Of a stretch of DNA of 27,005 nucleotides, positions 19,590 through 26,329 are shown piece after piece. How positions within the stretch are numbered: position 1 is the first letter of the stretch; the number at the start of each line of letters is the position of its first letter. Source of the DNA: a virus (taxonomy: Duplodnaviria; Caudoviricetes); the IMG/VR virus record IMGVR_UViG_3300030103_003430, positions 1 through 27,005 of that record; one strand, 5' to 3'. The notes beneath the pieces were generated by a model. The model was not told where the DNA came from. It worked only from the letters and a program-made list of their open reading frames with translations, and searched no databases. The translations under genes were made by a program, and so were the position numbers.

Positions 19590-20054
19590 TTATGTTGTTT
19601 TTAATTTATTTATTTGTTTTTTAAAATTGCCTAGTGGCATAATTTTACATTTACTATATTTATTTGGTCTTTTCCAAACTATTTTATAGTAATAATCATC
19701 TAATATAGGCACTTTATATTTTACAAGTTCTCCTTTTTTATTAGATTCATTTATATCTATTCGATAATGAAATGCTCTTTTGTGTTCTTTTTTATCTAAA
19801 TATACATATCCAAGATCACATGGTAAATGAATTAACTCATTTCTTAAAACAACATCTCTTATCAATATTTCAAAGAACCTAGATATAACTGCATAATAAG
19901 TTTTATAATCTAGTTTTCTTTTTCTATATTTTTTTTGCCCCTTTAACCACTTTCCTTTAATACTAACAAGATCTTTTATATTATTATAAATATCTTTTGC
20001 TGTATCATATTTATCTTTGTACTTTTTGCTGTACAAGTTTTGCTGTATCTGCAT
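19590..20054 (-). CDS. IHF/HU-like basic DNA-binding protein of the crAss tail module (about 154 aa; start uncertain)
   Basis: Very Lys/Tyr-rich. YYAVISRFFEILIRDVV...IHLPCDLGYVYL...IDINES...YYYKIVWKR matches the pattern of the crAss IHF-like gene found before Ttub. The track start at 20111 is non-ATG and overlaps the upstream gene by 101 nt. The first in-frame ATG is at 20054. Confidence 0.65.
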   Translation of the reverse strand: MQIQQNLYSKKYKDKYDTAKDIYNNIKDLVSIKGKWLKGQKKYRKRKLDYKTYYAVISRFFEILIRDVVLRNELIHLPCDLGYVYLDKKEHKRAFHYRIDINESNKKGELVKYKVPILDDYYYKIVWKRPNKYSKCKIMPLGNFKKQINKLKTT

Positions 20055-20901
20055 TGTCTGATATTCTATCGCTTGGTACTGCCAATTGTGCTTGTAGTTC
20101 TTGTAATACACTTTGTGTTAAATCCTGCACCAAATATTGTGGTATAGGATATATATCATCATCAGTCCAGCTAGGTAACTCTGTTGGATTTTGTAAACAC
20201 ACATTAGCATAAATTCTATATTGTATTGGATCTGTATAACCACCAATAGATTCTCTAAAAACACTTCTAAGTTGCTGTATAATTACAACTTGTTGTTGCT
20301 GTGAGTACATGTCTGTGTATGCTGCTGGTGATATTGCATTACTAAAACGATTAAATTTTTTGTTTATTACTTCATCTTTTGAAACAACAGGAACTGCTAT
20401 AGGTGCATGATTTTGATTAAAAGTATATTGTCCATATTTTATATATAATTCTTTAAAACCAAAATTATTATTGATATCTAAAAGCTGTGGATACTTTATT
20501 ATAAATCTACCATATTCATCATTATCTTCATATACATCAAAGTTATAAAAATCTCTACCATAAAAATCTTCATTAAAAGTTATAGAACCTGTGTAGTTAG
20601 ATAAAGATGCAGTTCTATCAGATAAAACTAAAAATTCTAATGAAGAAGCTGTATTTGCATTTACATACGCTTGCCAATCAGCATTTGTATTAAAAAAATC
20701 CATACTTTGTGTAGGATTAAAATTTTGAAAACATATACTAGGCAATTGTCTACCGCTTGTAGCTAATTGTCTTAATAGCTTTGCTCTATGATAATGTATC
20801 CAAAATTTAACCTGTCTAGAACTTAAATCTTGCTCAGTATCACTATTACCACCATTAGCAATACTTTTAATATTATATACTATTTCATTTAATGTAGCCA
20901 T
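20011..20901 (-). CDS. Tail ring protein (296 aa)
   Basis: MATLNEIVYNI...LSSRQVKFWIHYHRAKLL N-terminus and NPT...DDIYPIPQYLVQDL...SDRISDN C-terminus are typical of crAss ring/adaptor proteins. Confidence 0.75.
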   Translation of the reverse strand: MATLNEIVYNIKSIANGGNSDTEQDLSSRQVKFWIHYHRAKLLRQLATSGRQLPSICFQNFNPTQSMDFFNTNADWQAYVNANTASSLEFLVLSDRTASLSNYTGSITFNEDFYGRDFYNFDVYEDNDEYGRFIIKYPQLLDINNNFGFKELYIKYGQYTFNQNHAPIAVPVVSKDEVINKKFNRFSNAISPAAYTDMYSQQQQVVIIQQLRSVFRESIGGYTDPIQYRIYANVCLQNPTELPSWTDDDIYPIPQYLVQDLTQSVLQELQAQLAVPSDRISDNADTAKLVQQKVQR

Positions 20902-20905
20902 ACTA

Positions 20906-20937
20906 CAAAAGTAATCTAAAATCTTCTATTAAACAAC
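20906..20937 (-). promoter_or_regulatory. Bacteroidota sigma-type promoter: TTG-N20-TACTTTTG, 4 nt upstream of the ATG
   Basis: Minus strand reads GTTG-TTTAATAGAAGATTTTAGAT-TACTTTTG-TAGT-ATG, matching the -33 TTG / -7 TAnnTTTG consensus with a 20-nt spacer. Confidence 0.65.
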
Positions 20938-20976
20938 AATAGGCCTCACACCCTAAGATGATATAGCCTATTATTG
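20934..20976 (-). terminator. Long stem-loop, probable intrinsic terminator after the 213-aa ring gene
   Basis: CAATAATAGGC...GCCTATTGTTG forms an 11-bp stem with one G-U pair and further inner pairing, followed by TTTAA. Confidence 0.55.
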
Positions 20977-20996
20977 CGCAGGGAGCAAAAAGCTCT

Positions 20997-21638
20997 TTAT
21001 ATTGATTTGCTTTGCTCTGCTTCAATCTGTTGGAACTCAATATTAGCTCCTTCAATATTTCCTGTCATTTTTCTTATTGCTATATCAATAATTTCTCGTT
21101 GATATATTTCTCTTACAGTATTATTATTATCATCACTAAAACAATCATGATGATCTCTAAATACAATACATACAGCATCAACTGATCCTATAGTTGCTAT
21201 TGGTCTAAAATATATTTTTGGAGTTAAATCTTTCGGATCTCTTACATAACAATATGGACTTGTTTCTGTTGGCTTATTAAAAGGATCACTTGAATATTCT
21301 AAATCCCAATAATCTTTTGTTCCTATAATTTTTGCTGCTCTAAATGGACCACCATTATAAGATATTCTAAAATGTATTAAATGGACATAGTTTTCAGGCA
21401 AATTCATACTCAAAGTGTTCCAATCTTCACTATCTGAATCAAAATCATCTAAGTTATCTGTAAAATACATTAGAGCATCTCTAGAAACTTGTTCTTGATC
21501 AAAAGTTGCATAATGATAATTTATAAAAGAAGCTATGGCTTGATCTAAAAACATATTTTTTTCATCTTCTGTAAAATATGGTTGATCTGCTTTATCTAAT
21601 AGCAAATCCATCAAATCATGAGCTTCTTGTATATTCAT
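20997..21638 (-). CDS. Tail ring protein (213 aa)
   Basis: MNIQEAHDLMDLLLDKADQPYFTEDEKNMFLDQA N-terminus, LPENYVHL, SDPFNKP and YQREIIDIAIR match the crAss ring-protein pattern. Confidence 0.75.
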   Translation of the reverse strand: MNIQEAHDLMDLLLDKADQPYFTEDEKNMFLDQAIASFINYHYATFDQEQVSRDALMYFTDNLDDFDSDSEDWNTLSMNLPENYVHLIHFRISYNGGPFRAAKIIGTKDYWDLEYSSDPFNKPTETSPYCYVRDPKDLTPKIYFRPIATIGSVDAVCIVFRDHHDCFSDDNNNTVREIYQREIIDIAIRKMTGNIEGANIEFQQIEAEQSKSI

Positions 21639-22324
21639 TATTTACTTTCTTTTTCTGATTCAACAATTTCCTCTACCACTTCTTCTACCACATTGCCTCG
21701 TAATTGATTTTTAAGTAATGCGTGTATATCAGCGTTATCTTTTACCCATAATACAGCTTGATCTTCTGTTAAGCCAATAGTTGCTGTACCATACTTATAT
21801 ACTCCATTTACTCTTGCAAAAATATCTTTAGATAAACATTTTCTAATAAATATTTTTATTGGTGCATCCTTATCATCTAATGCATCTAAGAATCTATTTG
21901 GGTTATCGCTAGCATATCCAATAATTTTTGCTTTACGTATATTATCATCCCAATCACCATGCAATCCAATTAAGTGACATAAATCTTCTATTTCTTTTTT
22001 GCTTAATGTAGCTGCTGCAGTTACAGCATCTGCTTTTGCTAAAGACATTTCAGCTGCGTTTCTTTCATTAGCTGATAAATCTTCTAAAACAAAATTACCC
22101 CCTTTTACTAATGGATGATCTTTAAGAAAATCAAATACTCTTTTATCATACTCATCATTTAAGTCTAATGCCACGATAGCACTAAACATTTCATATCCTG
22201 TAGATACTTCTCCGTCTAATGTTTTTAATGAGATCTTAGAACCTCCACGACCAGTATAAGTAGAAAACTTACAATAGTTAAACTTACCTGGGTTTTTTGC
22301 TTTTATTAAAACTGTGTGTTTCAT
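21638..22324 (-). CDS. Conserved crAss-like post-capsid protein (228 aa), function unknown
   Basis: Position between the capsid genes and ring genes. C-terminal pattern NPNRFL...GVYKYG...IGLTEDQAVLWVKDN resembles the conserved gene following MCP in crAss phages. Confidence 0.55.
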   Translation of the reverse strand: MKHTVLIKAKNPGKFNYCKFSTYTGRGGSKISLKTLDGEVSTGYEMFSAIVALDLNDEYDKRVFDFLKDHPLVKGGNFVLEDLSANERNAAEMSLAKADAVTAAATLSKKEIEDLCHLIGLHGDWDDNIRKAKIIGYASDNPNRFLDALDDKDAPIKIFIRKCLSKDIFARVNGVYKYGTATIGLTEDQAVLWVKDNADIHALLKNQLRGNVVEEVVEEIVESEKESK

Positions 22325-22349
22325 TTTATAGTTATTTAATTAATACTCC

Positions 22350-22553
22350 CTACTTTGGTGGTAATTTCTTACCCTTTTTTTCTTTGACAATTTTACCATT
22401 TTCTATCCATGTTTTATTGCCAGAGTGTGTATTCCATTTGAAGCCACTTTGTCCTCCAATAAAGAATCTTTCTTTTTTACTTTGTTCTTCCTCCCTAACC
22501 TTTTTTTTAAATCCTTCGGGATCTAAACTTTTTAAATACTGAACTAAATTCAT
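22350..22553 (-). CDS. Small basic hypothetical protein (67 aa)
   Basis: ATG-TAG ORF that fills the gap on the coding strand, preceded by a TATATTTG box. Lys-rich with an aromatic core (FFIGGQSGFKW...KTWIENG). Confidence 0.6.
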   Translation of the reverse strand: MNLVQYLKSLDPEGFKKKVREEEQSKKERFFIGGQSGFKWNTHSGNKTWIENGKIVKEKKGKKLPPK

Positions 22554-22557
22554 ATTA

Positions 22558-22565
22558 CAAATATA
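22558..22565 (-). promoter_or_regulatory. Bacteroidota -7 box TATATTTG, 4 nt upstream of the ATG
   Basis: Minus strand reads TATATTTG-TAAT-ATG, immediately after a terminator hairpin. No clear -33 TTG. Confidence 0.55.
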
Positions 22566-22566
22566 A

Positions 22567-22600
22567 GAATAATGGAGGGGACTAAGCCCCTCCGTTACTC
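22567..22600 (-). terminator. Intrinsic terminator closing the capsid operon
   Basis: GAGTAACGGAGGGG-CTTAGT-CCCCTCCATTATTC followed by TTATATTT, 10 nt after the stop of the 173-aa gene. Confidence 0.7.
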
Positions 22601-22610
22601 AAATTGTTAA

Positions 22611-23132
22611 TTACGAAATCGTAATATGTGCAGCATCATTTGCTTGAGCAGATGCATAGAACAAAGTTCCATCGCATACTAAGCGAACGGTATCACCTAA
22701 TACAGCGCCACTAATAAATACAATTTCATCAACAGCTGTTTCAGCTGTCGCAGTTGCAACATTACTACTATCAGTATCTGAATATGACACCATCCCAACG
22801 ATAGTATCTTCAGCCGTGTTATTAGCAATAGTAACTGCATTAGCAGCTACAGTTCCAATTACAAATTGACAATTCCAACCAGCTCCTGCGTCAGCAGCTA
22901 ATGGTAATGTAATTTCGTAAGCAGATGCTTGATTTATTACGATCAAACTGCCTGAATCAGCTGGAGTTAATACTGTAGCAGCTGCTACCTTTTTTACAGG
23001 CATAGCAACTCTAAGTTGTGGAACAAAGATCGCTTCTTCACCAGCAGCTAAAGAGCCACCTGCAGCATCTGTTCCAGTTAAAAACCCTTTTACAGCAGTT
23101 CTTAACTTATTAAAATCAAATTTCAAAGCCAT
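22611..23132 (-). CDS. Putative head fibre / capsid decoration protein (173 aa)
   Basis: Ala/Thr/Val-rich. VLTPADSG...ITLP...AGW...F...GDTVRLVCDGTLFY is a beta-sandwich pattern common in phage fibre and decoration proteins. Lies in the same unit as MCP. Confidence 0.6.
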   Translation of the reverse strand: MALKFDFNKLRTAVKGFLTGTDAAGGSLAAGEEAIFVPQLRVAMPVKKVAAATVLTPADSGSLIVINQASAYEITLPLAADAGAGWNCQFVIGTVAANAVTIANNTAEDTIVGMVSYSDTDSSNVATATAETAVDEIVFISGAVLGDTVRLVCDGTLFYASAQANDAAHITIS

Positions 23133-23161
23133 TTCTATTTATTTTAAATATTAATAATTAA

Positions 23162-23245
23162 GGTATTGCCGTTTAAGCTTCTCTTCCGTCAATACCAGTT
23201 AAGTGATTATTGAGGGGTTACTCTGTACTTCACCCCTCTCTAATC
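23162..23245 (-). other. Tandem intergenic stem-loops
   Basis: GATTA-GA-GAGGGGT-N13-ACCCCTC-AA-TAATC (23205-23245) and GGTATTG-N21-CAATACC (23162-23196). Neither has a clear U-tract. Confidence 0.55.
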
Positions 23246-23259
23246 GTTAAATTCAGTTA

Positions 23260-23571
23260 TTAAGATCCTGGAGTTATTGTTCCTACAGCTGTAATTCCAT
23301 CAACAGCATAAACGCTATTAACATCATCAGCTATAGTAATTACTGGACTTGAATTTGTAGCACAAATCCTAGCAATTTCTTTAACCACATCATCTTCTTT
23401 ACCATCTGTTACAGTCAATTCCACTACACCAACGCCACCGCCAGATTTAGTAAAACTTACATGTACAGATAAATCATCATCATTTTCAATAGTGCTAACA
23501 GCTGCTGCTTGAATAGCAGCACAATTGTTATCAGCAGTTTGAAAAAATAAATATGAGTTTCCTCTTGCCAT
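23260..23571 (-). CDS. Small putative auxiliary capsid/decoration protein (103 aa)
   Basis: Acidic, beta-rich ORF directly after MCP, starting MARG with an AT-rich leader. Confidence 0.55.
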   Translation of the reverse strand: MARGNSYLFFQTADNNCAAIQAAAVSTIENDDDLSVHVSFTKSGGGVGVVELTVTDGKEDDVVKEIARICATNSSPVITIADDVNSVYAVDGITAVGTITPGS

Positions 23572-23588
23572 AATATTAAAGTATTATG

Positions 23589-25160
23589 TTATGCTGCGGA
23601 AAGGATTCCACAAGATAACGGGTTACGAACTATAATTCCAGACTCAGATAAAACGTGAGCTTCAAACTTATCATCAGCGTTTGCAGCCATCATAGATGAT
23701 TGATCGTAAGGATTAATCATACCAGCTACATACTTCTTGATAAATGAACGGTTTGTTCCTTCAGCTCCTTTAGTAACAAGCTCGATGTTAGAAACACCAC
23801 TTGTTCTACCGAAATCAAGGAATACCATTTTTGCAGACTCTTTTAATCTGTTGTCACCAAAAGCATTTGTACCTGATGCAGCTGAATGTAAATTCGGATC
23901 ATCAAATACAGGACAGTAAGCAATAGTAATTTTGTTACCCATAGCCATGTAAGAAGTAAAGTTAGCACCAAGCTGAACATCACCATTTACACCTACCATA
24001 GATCCACCAGTAAACGATCCAGAAGGAGCGATCACTAATTCTTTCATTGCTTTGTGGAATGCTAAACGACCTTCAGTACCAGTAAATACAACAAACTCAT
24101 TTCCTTCAGCTTGTGTAGTATTTAAAGATAACTTAGCTAAAAACTCAGTAATGATATCTTCAGTTAAAGCACCTAAAGTATAAGTAGCTTGATTAGAAGA
24201 ATCTATTTGAGCTAATAAACCATCTCCAGTAATAACTGAAGTAGCTTGAGTTCCTGAAGTTCCGCTAAGACTAGAAGTCAATGCACCTGGACGAGCTACA
24301 GAAGAAGACTCATTAGTAATAGACTTACGTCCATACCATCTTTGTAATTCTTGCTGATACATAAACTCATCCATCATCATTTGCTCTTTAGTAAAGTACC
24401 AAAGACGATGTCCATTGTTTTCAATCCACATAATATCTGTAATATCTTTTCCAGATACAGAAATTTTCTTACGAGAAGTCGTAAGGTAATTTTTGTAAGT
24501 AGAAGGATATACATAGTTTTCACCTACATCAGATCCATTAGATCCGTTAGGGAAGGCAGAACCAATTGATGCAAAAATTGCATTTGCATGAACATCTGTT
24601 AATTGTAATGGATTAGCAGTACCATCAATCATTTCGATTTTAACATCAAAAGATGCAGATGTTACAGTAATACCACCATTAGCAGTAGATTGTGCAGTTG
24701 AAGTAGTTGGATCTTCTAATACAAGACCAACAGCTCCAGATTGGAATCTAACCATATCAAATTTGTTTAAGAAATTTGGTGTACGACCTGAAGTGTCACC
24801 ATCACCTCTTAAATAAATAACGTCTCCGTCAGCATCAGCAGCAGCTACCGCAGTACCTGATACAGATGCAGCACCTGATCCAGCAGTTGATCCTACGAAT
24901 GTTACACCATCTGTAGAAATCCAACCAGCTGAAAATGTTGGAGCGTTATAACGGTCCATAATCTTCCATTCGAAAGAGTTATCACCGAGTACTTTTTCTT
25001 GTGCGAAACGACCTGTTCTTTCCATAAGATAAGTCGCTGAATAACGAGGATACTGTTGAATCAACGTTTTTGCAATCTCTGGGTATTGCAATAGTGCTGT
25101 GTTCAAAGCATTCTCAGGAGTTGTTCCAGAACCATAAGTTCCAGTATAAACCTTTGCCAT
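23589..25160 (-). CDS. Major capsid protein (HK97 fold, crAss-type), 523 aa
   Basis: Size and position after the scaffold-like gene. Blocks FEWKIM, YKNYLTTSRKKISVSG, ELQRWYG, VITGDGLLAQI, FVVFTGTEG, GANFTSY...GNKITI...PVFDDP and C-terminal HVLSESGIIVRNPLSCGIL. Codon use is shifted toward CGT/TTC/ATC, as expected for high expression. Confidence 0.9.
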   Translation of the reverse strand: MAKVYTGTYGSGTTPENALNTALLQYPEIAKTLIQQYPRYSATYLMERTGRFAQEKVLGDNSFEWKIMDRYNAPTFSAGWISTDGVTFVGSTAGSGAASVSGTAVAAADADGDVIYLRGDGDTSGRTPNFLNKFDMVRFQSGAVGLVLEDPTTSTAQSTANGGITVTSASFDVKIEMIDGTANPLQLTDVHANAIFASIGSAFPNGSNGSDVGENYVYPSTYKNYLTTSRKKISVSGKDITDIMWIENNGHRLWYFTKEQMMMDEFMYQQELQRWYGRKSITNESSSVARPGALTSSLSGTSGTQATSVITGDGLLAQIDSSNQATYTLGALTEDIITEFLAKLSLNTTQAEGNEFVVFTGTEGRLAFHKAMKELVIAPSGSFTGGSMVGVNGDVQLGANFTSYMAMGNKITIAYCPVFDDPNLHSAASGTNAFGDNRLKESAKMVFLDFGRTSGVSNIELVTKGAEGTNRSFIKKYVAGMINPYDQSSMMAANADDKFEAHVLSESGIIVRNPLSCGILSAA

Positions 25161-25248
25161 TTTTTCTAAATTTTAAATATTAAACACTATTTTATTATCC
25201 AGAGTATTTTCACGTAACTTTGGGCATCGCCCTATTGTATTTGTAAAG

Positions 25249-26295
25249 CTACTCTCTCATAAATGCAGCAGGATCAAATCCACTCTTCTTTATAGAAGTT
25301 TTTGGTCTTGACTTACTGCTAAGACTTGGTGAGGTAATATCATTTAGTATTGATGCTTTACCATCTTCCAAACCTTGATTACGCAAAATTTTAGCAAATT
25401 TGTCTTTAAATAACATAAACATAGCAACCTCAGAAGCATTGTCGTGAGAGTTCCAAATATCCTCAGCCATTTTACCTGACGTAATGTACTTATAGGCCTC
25501 TTGCGCTTGGCCTTTTGTTACACGACCACCCATAAAAGTATCTAAACCTTTTAAGTAACCTTGTAATTCTTTTTTATTTTTTGCGACTTTTTCCTTAGCC
25601 GACATTTCTTCTTCTTGTTTTTGCTTATAGAATTTTGTTTTTTCCTGTTCGATAGCTTGTTTAAGCTGTCTTCTTATTCTATATGCTTCACGTTTCATAA
25701 CTCCAGAATCTTCCATTTTATCAATAGCTTCTTCTATTTCAAAGTCTTCCATACCATCTGTTTTCATTTCAGCTCCAATCAACTCTCTATCATTCATGTT
25801 TAGATATTGATTCATTTTACCAATAGCTTCATTATTTGGTTGATCAACAAATGGTGAGTTTAACGCTTTTATAATATCTTCTTTACTTGCTCCTTGTATT
25901 CCAAGCTCTTTTGCAAACTTAGACCAATCTAATTCTCCAGTCTCTTGTGCGCTTTCAGCTTCTTTAACAGCTTCGGGCTGAGAATCGACATCCCAGTCTT
26001 CATCTTCTTGGACTTGTTGAGGCTGTTCTTTTTGTTCAGTTTCAATATTGTCCCAAGAAAATCCATCAGTCGATTCTTCTGTTTCTTCTGATTGTGCATT
26101 ATCTACTTTTTCTGCAGCTTCTTCATTATACTTTCCCTGAAACTGCTCCATCATTTGATCACTAGCAAAAGCTAATGGATCAAACTTTGCTTCTTCAGTT
26201 GATTCAGTTGCTGCTGTTTCTACTGTTTCTTGTTCTTGTGTTGTTGATTCTACAGATGCTGCTTCCTCAACTAAGTTTGTTTGTTCTTCTGACAT
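25249..26295 (-). CDS. Acidic scaffold-like protein between portal and MCP (348 aa)
   Basis: Highly acidic disordered N-terminus and coiled-coil C-terminal half. Conserved position between portal and MCP in crAss phages. Confidence 0.7.
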   Translation of the reverse strand: MSEEQTNLVEEAASVESTTQEQETVETAATESTEEAKFDPLAFASDQMMEQFQGKYNEEAAEKVDNAQSEETEESTDGFSWDNIETEQKEQPQQVQEDEDWDVDSQPEAVKEAESAQETGELDWSKFAKELGIQGASKEDIIKALNSPFVDQPNNEAIGKMNQYLNMNDRELIGAEMKTDGMEDFEIEEAIDKMEDSGVMKREAYRIRRQLKQAIEQEKTKFYKQKQEEEMSAKEKVAKNKKELQGYLKGLDTFMGGRVTKGQAQEAYKYITSGKMAEDIWNSHDNASEVAMFMLFKDKFAKILRNQGLEDGKASILNDITSPSLSSKSRPKTSIKKSGFDPAAFMRE

Positions 26296-26321
26296 AATTT
26301 TATAATTTGTTCCCTAATTTG

Positions 26322-26329
26322 CAAATATA
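26322..26329 (-). promoter_or_regulatory. Bacteroidota -7 box TATATTTG for the scaffold-MCP operon
   Basis: TAG(stop)-TATATTTG-CAAA..., 26 nt upstream of the scaffold ATG. Same octamer as at 22558-22565. No clear -33 element. Confidence 0.55.

Noticed and set aside
20055-20111. Track start of the IHF-like ORF at 20111
   Set aside because: It is a non-ATG start 101 nt inside the ring gene. The ATG at 20054 is more plausible.
25215-25222. Plus-strand TAACTTTG as an antisense promoter, next to the small GGGC-GAT-GCCC hairpin
   Set aside because: TAnnTTTG is expected many times by chance in AT-rich DNA. There is no -33 element and no downstream plus-strand gene, and the hairpin is only 4-5 bp.
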